Positions 40,020 through 52,750 of a DNA stretch of 64,000 nucleotides are shown here, in pieces. The notes beneath the pieces are model-generated. The model saw nothing but the letters and a program-made list of their open reading frames with translations, searched no databases and was not told the DNA's origin. Every line of letters begins with the position of its first letter. Position 1 is the stretch's first letter. The DNA lies in NCBI RefSeq assembly GCF_009914755.1, contig NC_060932.1, one strand, 5' to 3'. Position numbers and translations under genes: made by a program. The DNA is from the human T2T-CHM13v2.0 reference genome, Homo sapiens.

Positions 40020-40539
40020 ATATCTTTGATGCTTTACCTGAAATTCTGCATTTATTGGTTTATCCTTCAAAGAGTCCTTCCAGTGCTCCATGGATGCCCA
40101 AGGTATTCTGTGCCACTGCATTCTTTACTAGCTTCTTTCACTAAAATCTTTTAGTCTCCTTTGTTGCTCAGAGAGAAATTTTATTGCTATTCACATGTTC
40201 CCTGTGTTAGCACAAAATACAGACTTCACCGGGGCTTTTTTAATCTGCCACCTTCTTAGAGTCTCTGTTTTCTTTCCTTAGGGCTAAAACAGAGTTGGCC
40301 AAATTGAACCACCTCTTGGATTTTTCAGGGCCAAAGAAGATACATGTAGTCTGAAATCAACCTTAGTCCAACATGAACACATTAGTTGCCCAGAAGCAAG
40401 CTATTCACATTTGAGAACTTCCAAATTGGTGAATATAAATGCAACACGCTACATGATTGCAAGAGTGTTCATTGTTCTTTTTTACTATATTAAAGCTCTA
40501 ATCAGAGCTTTGAAGTACAATTAAAACATAAAACAAGGA

Positions 40540-40760
40540 ACACTAATGCAATGGAACTCATTTGAAAGGCATGCATTTCAGTTCAGAAGAATGAGTAGGG
40601 ATTAGTCATGACGAATGGCAAAAAAAGGACACCAGGCAGAGGTAACATAAATCTTCCGCAGGCAATTTGTGGTGAAGAAGATTCAAAGCTTAATAAACAG
40701 ATAAAAGGTCAGGATTAATTGGGTGGAATGGGCAAGAGGGGAAAAGGAGAAAGATGCAGA
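40540..40760 (-). mobile_element. L2 fragment
   Basis: gaagaatgagtagggattagtca...ccaggcagaggtaaca is antisense L2. Confidence 0.45.
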
Positions 40761-41339
40761 TAAAAAGGAGCCAACATGAACTTAAGTTCAATGTCTTCTA
40801 TTATTTCTCTTACAATTAATTTTCTCTTTCTGTTTTCTTGGTAAATTTCTTTTCCCCTGCAACTCCCAGAATAAAACATATATTCTCAACTATTTCTCTA
40901 TACTTATTTATTTACTTATTTGTTTGTTTGTTGTTATTCTTTTGTTTGAATGCATGTATATATGTGTCTATATGTGTTAGAAACTAAGGCTGGGAAAAAT
41001 GTTTATCACATTTGGATATCATGTGTGAGATTCACAATGTTGTCTAATTCTTACAGAGGGCTTAGGATGCCCAGATATGCTTTTTCTCATTCACCTAACA
41101 TATATTTATTTTTAAAGTAAAAGTTTAAATGAAACATTAGATTTCTTATATGCCTTTTAAAAATGTGATGTCTACATAGGTATACTTAGAGAAATATACA
41201 CAGATTATCAAAAACATACATTCTGAAGTATTTTCTGAATGTGAATACACTTGTGAAATGAACATCCTAATAAAAAATAGAATTAATGTCATATGGATCC
41301 AAAATTTGCTTCTTAAAAATAATTAATGAACTGAAAGAT

Positions 41340-41968
41340 TGCACTTACATTTTTAGAAAGTTAGGATGGAAAAGGCTTTTCAAACTGTGTCTCAAAATTC
41401 AGAAACCATAAAGAAATTTGATAAATGTTACTACATAGACTATTAAACATAAATAGACATGATTAAAATATGGCATAATCAAAGTCAAATAAAAAATGGG
41501 AATATATATTTGTAGCCAATATCATAAATTAAAAATGAATTTCCTGAATTATACATACATACACCAATAAACCAATAGAAAAAATGGCAAATAAGTAGAC
41601 AATTCAGAGAAAATAAAATGCAAATGACCCTTGACATGTAAAAATATCATCTATGAGAGAATTTAAAATTAAGACCACACTGAGCAACAAATTTCTTAAT
41701 AATTTGGTGAAAATAGAAAAGTTTGATCACATTGTTCTACTTGCCAAAGCTTTATATTATATATTGCTGGCAGTATGCTTTGGTACATCCCCAGTGAAAA
41801 GCAGTATGTTTACAGACATACACTCTTACCAAGAGTGCTACAATTCTACTCCTGGGAATTATCCTATTGATGTATTATAGTCACACACATAAAAATAACA
41901 CAGAGGAATACTTACTGCAAAACTTTATGACAACTAAAGATAGGAAACAAGCTAGTGTCTATTAAACT
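41340..41968 (+). mobile_element. L1ME-type ORF2 3' fragment
   Basis: caaaattcagaaaccataaag, aaaccaatagaaaaaatggcaa, caattctactcctgggaattatcct. Confidence 0.65.
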
Positions 41969-42159
41969 AGAGAAGATCTGGAAAGCTGTAAAAGGCACTA
42001 TGTGGTTGGTGAGACATTGTTCAGGGGTTAGTGAGACATTGTTCAGGGGTTGGTGGGGGTCTCGCTGCAGAAGCAAAGAGATTGGACACAGCCTTTTCTT
42101 TTGCTACTATGTTGAAAATAGATGTGTGGAGAAAAATAACATATAATATTTCTGTTCTG

Positions 42160-42740
42160 CACCCTCTTGTAGTCAGAAATACTATCTAGAGTTTTACCAT
42201 CAATTTTATTTCTTATACTGTATTTTAATTTTGCCTTTTTACTTTGTAAGTAGTAATTATATGGTGTGTAATCTATGTGTGTGGCTTCTTTTATTTTTTA
42301 AATTTTATGATACATAGTAGATATATATATTTATGGAGTACATGAGATGTTTTGATACAAGCATGCAATGTGAAATGAGAACATCATACAGAGAATGGGA
42401 TGTTCATCTCCTCAAGAATTTATCCTAGGTGGCTCCTTTTAAATAATGATATGTTTGTGAGATTAATCTATAGGTTGTTGTGTTTTATTGTTTATTCCTT
42501 TGTATATATACACACCTACTATATTGAGTGAATATGGTATAATGTATTCATTATAATTTTGGCTACCGTCTAGATATGTTTGATAGAAATATCTGGATAG
42601 TTTCCAGTTTGGGGCTGTTGAGAATATATACTGCTCAAAGATACACAATGCTGGTATGATCATTCTAGTAAATAAATTTTTGTGAAAATATGCATGCATA
42701 TCTGTTGCTTATACACCCACGAGTGGAATTTCTTGTTCTT
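42160..42740 (-). mobile_element. L1ME-type 3' fragment
   Basis: ggatagtttccagtttggggctgtt, tatacacccacgagtggaatt in antisense. Confidence 0.6.
42294..42428 (-). mobile_element. Short L1MA (MA2/3-like) 3' tip nested in the L1ME
   Basis: tacatagtag..atttatggagtacatgagatgttttgatacaagcatgcaatgtg; 13-bp TSD gtggcttctttta / gtggctcctttta. Confidence 0.8.
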
Positions 42741-45379
42741 TCCATGTCTATCTGAGCCCAAAGAATGTATTACTTTTTCAAAAATTAAAATTTGAAGTAA
42801 ACAAATAGAAATAAACAAAAACATAAAAAATTAATAGCAAGACCATATCAGCTTATGATTTCTAAGAGTTCTACTTGCTCTGGACTTCATCTTTCAAAAG
42901 TCATAGAAAAAATACTTACTTTTAGAATTAATAACTATACAATTTGTCTTCTTGATGTCCATCATAATTTTCCTAGTGATTCAACATGTTAATTTTCTTT
43001 GTAAAGATCACTGAAGAAAATTTGCCATGTGATTCACATCCCTAGCTAATATTTATCTGCTGTGTGATGACATGAGAATAAATACAAATTATTTTGATAA
43101 ATGAACTTACATTCATGCAAATAACTTGAAGTCCTTAGTGCTGAACTTATTCTTTTACTTGAGGCTTTTTCCTATGTGTTTATTTATGTATCTTCAACTG
43201 GTTATATGAATTGATTTTTTTTCCTGCCCTCTGCTTTTTTTAAAAAATATTCCAAGTGGCCATGAGAGTCATTTCTTGGGAAACATTGTATATAGTATAT
43301 GGTTGGTGGTTCAGGCAGAAGCAACAGTCCATAAAGTGTCATGAACACATAGTTTAAGGAAGGATCATCGTTACTGCTTTTCTGAACCCGATGACAGCCT
43401 CCAAATCATCCAAAGCTCTTCTCTTAAAATTGCCCCTGGAATATGGGCTTCTCAGATTCAATTGCTTAGAAATATATGAATATCTGTCTTCTCTCAGTTT
43501 TACATTGAATTTCTCATCATTTGTTATGGAAACTTTTATATAAAAAAGAAGCAAACAGGTCTACTCCTTTAAATATCATGTATTTGAGGGATGTAGAAGT
43601 GCCAGATGATTATTGTAACTATATATTTGAATTCCTGCATATTACTTGAAGACTTTTAATAAGAAATTGATCCCAACTCTATAATACCATTTTAGAAATA
43701 TGCTATGGCTTTATGAGTAGTTTTGTTGTACGTATTAAATAAAATTTAAACCTTTAACTTGTATTTATCCAGTTATCTATTTGCGTTTGAATGAGCCACA
43801 TGGTAAAGAAAAAAAGAAAAAAGATATATAATTACAAATGCCAAAAAATATAGTGGTTCAATATGTTTCTACTTTATATAAAAGTAAGCAATTGTAGAAT
43901 TGTTTAAAATATATTTATTGTATTTTAGTGTAACTATTGTATTCATTTTTTGTTAGTATTTTCCTAGGCCAAAGCTAGGTCTGCCTTTTTCTCCTCTTTG
44001 GTAATGTCCACATCTAAATGCACCACACCATAGCCAGTGATCACAAGCAATTCAAAGGTGTATTAGTCAAGTATCTGCCAAGCAATGGAGCTCCTGCAAG
44101 AGGAGCTCCACCAGGGAGTATTGACTTCTAGACTCTCTAATGTCCTGGAGGATGGTGGAGAGCCAGTGAAAAAGGAAGGAGGAAGAGACGAAGGAGGGGA
44201 AGAGAGATGGGGCTTCATAGCAGAAGTGACTAGGTCTGAGGAGTCTGAAGGTGTCCACCCTGACAAGTGTTAATGGTTTAATCAGATTTTATCTTGTCTG
44301 TTAGTGACTTTTCACCTTCAACTTTATTTCTGCATATATACAGCATATATACACACACACATACAATATTGCATTTCCTGCTTCTCCCTTCATTTTCATT
44401 TGCTCACTTGAAAGACCAAAGGTGAAATGTAGTATATTTGTATGCTAATTTGTTTCTTCTTTTAACTAGAGAAAAATTTGAAATGTTTATATTTTGCATA
44501 CAGTATGAGTCATCAACAAAGTATTAAAGTATTTAGATGTATTGTCACTCTTAGGCCTTATAATTAGTATCAATCTATTTTATATTTTATTTTGTGTTAT
44601 CAGTTGTGATCTCTTTTGATAATTAAATGACTAGAAAATAAAAAGTACATAATTTCAGAATGTAGAATTTCCTTGAATATCAAAACATCGGTATATTTAT
44701 TCATATTGTCACCTTAAGACAGATATTTTTACTTGGAAAATAGCATATGAGGATGAGCATCATGTGGGAGCATTGCTCATAAATTATAAACTCTGGTAGC
44801 TGTTTATTAAATTTCAATGAAAAATATCATAAATATTGTTTGTCCTTGTTAATTGGGATGTATGTTTGGCACTGAAATGTTGAAATTAAATGTCTTATTT
44901 TCAGTGTTTATCTTACCTGATGAGTTTTGTGCTCGTTGTGATTATTGACCAATCTCTCTATTCAGACTCTCCTATCTATTGACTTCTTCTCTTCCAGGCT
45001 CTCAGAACCCTTTCAATATGGATTATCCTTCTTCATCCATTGAATACTGGTATTCACTAATGTTCTATTTTTTAATTGAGGACAGAACTAGGTTTGAGCA
45101 TCAGTCTGTCTTCCACTGTACATTTTACATATCTGGTGTGTAATAGAGGCTATGCATATTTTATTTTTTAAAAGGACAACATTTCAGATCCATTCATAAG
45201 AGCACATTAAGGGATAAATGTTTTCTATTCCCAGAGAAAAGAGAATAATTAGGCCAGTCATTGCAATAATCTCTTGTGGTTTTTTGTGTGTGTATGTGTG
45301 TGTGTAGGGGGAACATACATGTACGTGTCCAATCTTGCTTTGCGCTACGGCTACTTTTATGACCTGTATATTGAAATAA

Positions 45380-46165
45380 ATCATTTTCCTGATTTAAACC
45401 TTCAGTGATACCCTGTCACATTTTAAATTATTTTCTCCATCATAATTTGGTCTATGTCAACTATTATTTCTTCATCTCTCATAACTCCCTAAACACCAAA
45501 CTGCCTATGGTTACTTAAACATGCAATGCCCCCATAATCCTAATAATAAATAATAAATTAGATATGTATTATTTATTTAGACATTTATTATAGGCACAAT
45601 AATAAGTTAAACATTTATTAGACAATTATTTTAATTCAGGTTCTGCACAACCAGACCCAGATACAAGTTGTGAGTGCAAGCGGCTTATTTGGGAGTTGAT
45701 ATCAGAAAATATAGAAATGGAAAAATGATACAGGGAAAAGAATGAAGCAAAAAAAGAATATCCAACAAATTACCATTGTGGACAACTGAAGCTCAATCCC
45801 ACATAATGGCCAGTCTAGCTAAGAAAAGAAAGCAGCATATTTTTACATTAACTCCTGTCATCTCTAGGGTTTATTAATTCTCTGGAATTCTAGTAAATTG
45901 CTAATTTATCAGAAGTTAGAGAAAGACTTTAGTCAAAAAGATTCAGGTACTGGCCTCTTTGAAGTGTTAAGATTTGAGTAGATAGAGGTAAAGTGTTGAA
46001 AATATCTGCTCGAATAATCTTATTTCACATTGTACAGCAGTTTAATTACTTATTTGCATATGTGTCTAACCTAGTAGACTGAAATTCCCAGAAGACACAA
46101 AGTATGTTTTTTATTTATCTCTGTTACATTCTAACTCAAGAAATGCCGACTGAATTAACTGAAAT
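45380..46165 (+). mobile_element. L2 3' remnant interrupted by an ERVL LTR
   Basis: cctgatttaaaccttcagtg (~45388) and tgtgtct..ctagtagactgaaattcc...tgaattaactgaa (46060-46163). Confidence 0.45.
45635..46010 (-). mobile_element. ERVL LTR of the LTR33/LTR16 group
   Basis: gagtgcaagcggcttatttgggagttgat...ttaccattgtggacaactgaagctcaatccca. Confidence 0.55.
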
Positions 46166-46239
46166 ATGATGAAATGAAAGCAATATGCCCTTGTGGTCCC
46201 TATTAATTTCTTAGCACCATAAAAGAGCACATCAGCCAT

Positions 46240-46305
46240 ATGTGTGTTCATGTTTATGTGTGTGTGTGTATGTGTGTGTCTGTGTGAGGGAGAGAGAGAA
46301 AGAGA
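46240..46305. repeat. (GT)n-(GA)n compound microsatellite
   Basis: tgtgtgtgtgtatgtgtgtgtctgtgtgagggagagagagaaagaga. Confidence 0.8.
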
Positions 46306-48469
46306 ATGCATTTTTTCAGAATCAGCATATAAAATAAGATCTGTAATAGAAGACACATTTATTTTTTTTAAAATAGTAGGGAAAGAAGACTGATGGTAAA
46401 TTTGTCAGTCTAGTCTTACTTAACCTGTGATAAAACTAGGGATTGTGCTTTCCAATTTTCAGTGCTGCACTGGACAGACAGTGAGTCATCAGGTATGGAC
46501 TGAACTGTCTGGCTACAAGTTCAATAAACATCTTAGTTCAATTACTTAAACTGGTAATGAACACTGTGTGCAGTAAACAGCATAAAATCACTAGCTGAGG
46601 GGAACCTATGACACAGAAGACGTTTTCCTGAAGGTTTTGTTAATGAAAAAGCATAAGTTTAGGAAAGAGGGAAGAGAATAGCAAAGAAAGGAAACTGATG
46701 AAAATAAAGTATGCTAATTTTCCTTTTAAAACTGGACGCTTAACTTTCTGATAACTTTCAATCCAGCCCAAATAAAGTTAGAACTTCAAAAATCACAAAA
46801 ATATACCGATTCACAAATTACTTCTGCTTTATTTATATAATTACTATGGAAAAAACAGGTGTAGAATACAGTTAATAACTTAAGGAGTTTTGTTAGAGTA
46901 TATTGCATTAAAAAGGAGGCATACTTTCTTATTACTTCTGAAATCAATTTTGTTATCTTTTCCCCTCTGATATGCATTAATATTCCCTCAAATTGCATTT
47001 CTCTCCAACACTAGAGACTAAGAAATACAAGAGAGGTAGAAAGAAACATACATTAAATAGCTTTAGGCTAAAGAAAATTAAAATCTTAATGCAACATTAA
47101 ATATCAACAGAATTTTGTGATTTTGCCATATGAATGAACTGAATTACACAAATGTAAGCAAAGTGATGGCAGGCATCTAAGAAACTTAAGAATTTATTCA
47201 GATCTAAAAAACGTTTACGAAAAAAAAAAGGAGAATTCTTAATTATATAATTGTAACTGATTGCATATTCGGTTTACTTTTATGTCCAGTGATTTTTAAT
47301 TTGATTTGGTTCAAGGATCAAAGATTTTGTATCACCACAGAAGCAACTCTTTTGAAAAAGAAAACAGTAATAATTTAACATTTTTAGTAAAAAAGGTAGC
47401 ATGTAGCTGTATGAATTATTTGTATTAACTCATGAATCTTTTAGTTTTGCAAAAGACTCACTGAAAGAATTTTTATTTGTCTTTGGAAGTTCTATGATCT
47501 AATAAATATCATGCCTTTCCTCACAACTGTATCCATCTGCAAAGCAGTGGAGTTAGCAGGTAAAGATTGAAAAGTATGCCTTATTATTGATAAAGTAGGA
47601 ATAAGGATATAACTTAAGTGGATTAGTAAAAGTACTTGCTAAAACCTCAGCCCTAAGGTTTTAGACAGATTTACATACCCAGTCCATTTCACAATTGCAC
47701 AACCATGGGCCTTGGCAATCTGAGAGCTCCCTGCATGGAAGAGTAAAAAATAATTGTGTCCTGCTTCCAAGCTGGCCCCAAAGTCAGCCATATATCTAAG
47801 CTGAACAAGAATATTACCTTCACTCAATTTGCCAATCAGGACATCGTGAGGTCATAAATGTTATATTCACTCTATGTTTCAAAAAGACAGAAGCGCTATT
47901 TAGCGTTATGGGAAGGGCAGTTTCAGCAATTCTTCAAGACTATTTTGAACATGGCTGAGGAGTTAGCTTTTTGACCCCTGCTGAATAAATGACAATTGGC
48001 ATTGTAAATGTCTGCCATGTTAAGAGAATGTATGTTACAGGGTTAGCTGTTAAAACAAAGCATACTACATGTTTTGGACTCCAAACAATTTTACTAATTA
48101 AGTTTATTTAGATTTTTTCTGTTTTTTTTTTCTTCTTCTCCTTTCTGCTTTCTTAGATTACGAAAAATCTTAAATGTAAATCCCAAAGCATTATGCCTAT
48201 CATGTACATCATGGTCTAAAACTGTGAACTCCCCATCACAAATTCTGAAGTAGCAAAATACATCATAGCTGCTACTAGTTAGGTGCTCCTAAATTAAGTA
48301 CTTCCTTCCAGAAACCTGTTAAGCTACTGTTATTTCAATGACTATAAAAGCTTTACCATTTTATTTGGAATAAATATTATCTTTGAATGTCCATACTAAT
48401 TTTATAATTGTATAATGGTTTTTACATGTTTCATTGTCAGGGCTGTTTTTAAATTATGAGAAATTTCCC

Positions 48470-48680
48470 TCTCTCTCTTTGTGTGTGTATGTGTGTATCT
48501 CTATACGTATATGAAATGGGAAAGTTGTATATATTCATATGTGTGTGTGTGTGTATATATATATACATATATATATACACACATATATATATATACACAT
48601 ATGTGTATATATATATATGGTAAAAGTTTTCCTTTACCATATATATATCCTTTTCCATATATATATATGGTAAAATTTTT
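48470..48680. repeat. (GT)/(TA)-rich tract with nested palindromes and inverted repeats
   Basis: Perfect 38-bp palindrome at 48582-48619; (ta)n-tggtaaa unit present in both orientations at 48609-48675. Confidence 0.9.
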
Positions 48681-48766
48681 CCTTTCCCTCCATTGTATAC
48701 ACTTTGCCCTTTGAGTCAACACAATCTTCTTAAAAGTTACCTTTAAAAAAAAAACCTAGTATTCAA

Positions 48767-49070
48767 GCCCGGGCCCTGTAGTTCACGCCTGTAATCCTAG
48801 CACACTGGGAGGTGGAAGTGGGCAGATGGCTTGAGCCTAGAAGTTTGAGACCAGTCTAGGCAACATGGCAAAACTCCTTCTCTACAAAAAATGCAAAAAT
48901 TAGCCAGGCATGTTGGCAAGTGCCTGTAGTCCCAGGTACTTGGGAGGCTGAAGGGTGGGAGAATCACTTGAGCTCAGGAAGTCAAGGTGGCAGTGTGTGA
49001 TGATAACACCACTGAACTCAAGCCTGGGTGACTGGAGTGAGACTCTGTCTCAAAAACAAAACACAAACCC
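48767..49070 (+). mobile_element. AluJ
   Basis: gcttgagcctagaagtttgagaccagtctaggcaaca; cacttgagctcaggaagtcaagg; degenerate TSD aaaacctagtattcaa / aaaactaataattcaa. Confidence 0.88.
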
Positions 49071-49389
49071 AAAACTAATAATTCAATAGCGTGATCATCT
49101 GTGTTTGAGTGGAATTAATAGATAACTTTTTAAACAAAATACTTGTTATAGTTTATTTCATTCTTTATACTATGCATAAAGACATATTTGCTACATTCGA
49201 TTCTGGAATGTGTGACCCAGTAGGATGGCCAAATAAATAGGATTTTATATTAAGTCTTTTATCCTCCAGTTATTATAGATTTAACCTGTAACTTCAGGAC
49301 ATACTGACCACTGGATAACTTTACTAGGTTTATTTAGCAATAGGAAACACCTGCAATTACCAGATGGTTTCATATTCTTTTCTGCCCCC

Positions 49390-49780
49390 AATCTTTGCAA
49401 TTTTCATTCTTTTGCCTGCAATATCTTTCCAGTGATCCTTCCTTGGTTATCTCTTATGTCATCCCCACATCTCAGCTTAAACTTTTTTTGGAAAACCTTC
49501 AGTGAAAAATCCCACTGTGCTCCCAACTCCTCAAGCAATGTACACACACAAATACACTCACTCACGCACGTCAGAATGATACTTTCTTCTTTGTACCCTA
49601 GTAACATTTACATAATGATAGCATTTATCACAGTTAATTAAAATTTCATTTTTGTTTTCTGTCCATAGACTTCAAATTTCTTGAGGGCAACGACTATTCA
49701 ATTTGTCTTTGGGTCCCCATTGCACCTCATAGAGAACCAGTAATATAAATGTATGTTTAAATGCATTGATAAATTAGTAA
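49390..49780 (+). mobile_element. L2 3' fragment
   Basis: tctcagcttaaa..ggaaaaccttc; atagacttcaaatttcttgagggcaacgact. Confidence 0.55.
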
Positions 49781-50318
49781 CTAGATCTAACCACTCTCCC
49801 TATATTTCTTTTGGTTATGATTTTATTGATATTAGTTGCTTTCCAAAGATATTTCAAACAGTTTCAAAGAATGCTTTTGCTTTGGCTGTTATTTTAAACT
49901 TATTTGAAAAAAAAATATTTCATATAAAACATCTACAGCACCTGTGTTAATACAAATATCTTCCCAACATTATTTACGTTCAAAGTTATTACTTCCTTGG
50001 AGCCCCACAGGAATAGAATTGTGTTAGCGTGATGCTGTCTTGAAGATTCATGGTAATTCTGAACCATGAATTCATACTTTTAGTGTGATATGAAATCATC
50101 TGCTAAAAATGGGCAATGGACTCTTTATCATCATTTGGAAAATTACATACAATTCAGAGTCTGAAGTTACATAGAGAAAATTGTATGTGCTTTAAAGGAA
50201 TTGAGAATCAGTGGGCTTTATGAAAAGAGAAAGTAATTAAGAGTTCAAAGCCCTATTTGTTTTATGTTTTCCTCTATAAAATTTCATATTATTAGAGGCC
50301 AAGGAGGGTGGATCAAAA

Positions 50319-50436
50319 TAAATGACGAGTTAATGGGTGCAACACAGCAACATGGCACATGTATACATATGTAACAAACCTGCACATTGTGCACATGTAC
50401 CCTAGAACTTAAAGTATAATAAAAAATACAAAAAAA
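50319..50436 (+). mobile_element. Young L1PA (about PA3-5) 3' tip
   Basis: taaatgacgagttaatgggtgc...catggcacatgtatacatatgtaacaaacctgcacattgtgcacatgtaccctagaacttaaagtataataaaaaa. Confidence 0.92.
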
Positions 50437-50439
50437 GTA

Positions 50440-52556
50440 TTTTACCAATATACACCACTGTGGAAACCAGCGCAGGAATCCAGCCACAAAATAAAGATTC
50501 TACCCAGAGCCTTGGCCCTCTGAGAGCACCCAGAAATGAAGCCAATTGACTACACTCAACTCCCACCACAGTTAAAGGAATGCTAGCCCTCTTGGATGAG
50601 AAAGAATCAACGCAAGAACTCTGGCAATTGAAAAAGCCAGTGTCTCCTTACCTCCAACAGAGTCCACTAGCTTCCCAGCAATTTTTCTTAACTAAATTGA
50701 AATGACTGAAAGACAGACATAGAATTCAGAACCTGGATGGCAAAGAAGCTCAAGATCGAAGAGCAAGTTGAAACCCAATCCAAGAAATCTAGTAAAACTA
50801 CCCAAAAGCTGAAAAACAATATAGCCATTTTAAGAAAGATCCAAAGTGAAGTTTTGGACCTGAAAATTTCACTACAAGAATTTTAGAATACAATCAGAAG
50901 TGCTAACAGCAGACTAGAACAAGCTGAGGAAAAAATCTTCAGAGCTTGAAGACTTGTTCTTCCAATCAAATCGATAAGATAAAAATAAAGAATGAGCAAA
51001 ACCTCTGAGAAATATGGGATTATGTAAAAAGACCAAACCTATGACACATTGGCATTCCTGAGAGAGAGGGAGAAAGAGTAAGGAACTTAGAACATCTATT
51101 TTCTAAGCTGATGCATTGGAATGCCAATGTGTCATATTCCATAAAAATTTCCCTACATATATTCATAGAATACATGTCACATTCCATTAAAACTACTCCT
51201 GCATAGCAAAAGAAACCATCAATAGAGTAAACAGATAACCAACAGAATGGGAGATTTTCACAAACTATTTATCCAACAAAGATCTAATATCTAGAATGTA
51301 TAAGGAGCTTAAACAAATCAGCAAGCTAAAAACAAATAACACAGCTGGGCACAGTGGCTCATGCCTCTAATTCCAGCACTTTGGGATGCCAAGGTTTGTG
51401 CACTGTTTGAGATTAGGAGTTTGAGACCAGCTTGGGCAACATAACGAGACTCCCGTCTCTACAAAAAATAAAAATTAGCCATTACATGATGGAATGTACC
51501 TGTAATCCCAACTACTGGGGAGGCTGAAGTGGTAAGATCACTTGAGCCCAGGAGGTAGAGGCTGCAGTGAGCTATTATTGCACCACTGTGCTGCAACCTG
51601 GGCAAGAGCCAGATCCTGTCTCAATAAATAAATAAATAAATAAATAAATAAAAGAAGAAAAAGAAAGAACGAAAAGAATAAAATACATTTTAGAAATGGG
51701 CAAAGGACATGAACAAACACTTCTTAAAAGAAGACGGACAAGTGGCCAATGAACATGAAAAACTGCTCATCATCACTAATCATTACAGAAATGCTAATTA
51801 GAACCACAATGAGATACCACTTCATATCAGTCAGAATGGCTATTACTAAAAAGTCAATAAATGACAGATACTGATGAGGCTGGCTATGACTAAAAAGTCA
51901 ATAAATGACAGATACTGATGAGGCTGCAAAAAGAGAATACTTATAGACTGTTGATAGGAATGTAAATTTGTTCAGCCACTGCGGAAAGTGGTTTGGATTT
52001 CTCAAAGAACTGAAAACAGAGCTACCATTTGACCCAGCAATTCCATTACTGGATATATACCCAAAGGAAAATAAATTGTTCTGCCAAAAAGACACATGCA
52101 CTTGTGTGTTCACTGCAGCACTATTAACAATCGCAAAGACATGGAATCAACCTAGGTGCCCATCAATGATCGACTGAATAAAGAAAACGTGATACAAATT
52201 CACCATGAAATACTATGCAGCCATGAACAAGAATGAAATCATGTCCTTTGCAGCAACATGGTTGTAGCTAGAGGCCAATAGCCTAAGCGAATTAACTCAG
52301 GAACAGAAATCCAAATACCACATGATCTCACTTATAAATGGGAGCTAAACATTGAGTATAAAGATGAGAACAATAGACACTGGGCACTACAAGAGGCAGG
52401 AGGGAGGCATGGAGGTGTGGGTTGAAAAACTACCTATTAAGCACTATACTCACTATGTGGGTGATGGGATCTGTACTCTCAACTTTAGTATCATGCAATA
52501 TACCCATGTAACGAACATGCAATTGTACCCTCTGAGTCTAAAATAAAAGTTGAAAT
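50440..52556 (+). mobile_element. L1PA15/16-like element: end of 5'UTR and ORF1 start joined to ORF2 end and 3'UTR, with AluJ insertion
   Basis: ORF1-like 50590-51101 (gagaaatatgggattatgtaaa); ORF2 C-term FLKELKTELPFDPAIPLLDIYPKE; 3' end ctgagtctaaaataaaagttgaaatt. Confidence 0.85.
51343..51680 (+). mobile_element. AluJ (Jo-like) with (AAAT)n tail
   Basis: ggagtttgagaccagcttgggcaacataacgagac; cacttgagcccaggaggtagaggctgcagtgagc. Confidence 0.88.
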
Positions 52557-52750
52557 TTTTTAATGTATTAATATTTTTTGCTTTCATGTTACTTATTGTC
52601 TTGTGGCAAAAAATAGTTTAGAACTATATTAATAAATAGAACTTGAGATGATTTGATAGTCATCACCATACACAATGCTAGCAAAACAGGAAGCACTGAA
52701 AAACAAAAAAAAAAATTGGGAGTAAAAAGAAATAAAAAAAATATGGTTTT

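Noticed and set aside
43354-43554. 66-aa minus-strand ORF in unique DNA with an acceptor-like site near 43532
   Set aside because: No recognisable homology and no partner exon; expected by chance
46451-46498. Possible micro-exon ttttcag|tgctgcactggacagaca|gtgagt
   Set aside because: Short pyrimidine tract, weak exonic donor context and no host gene evidence
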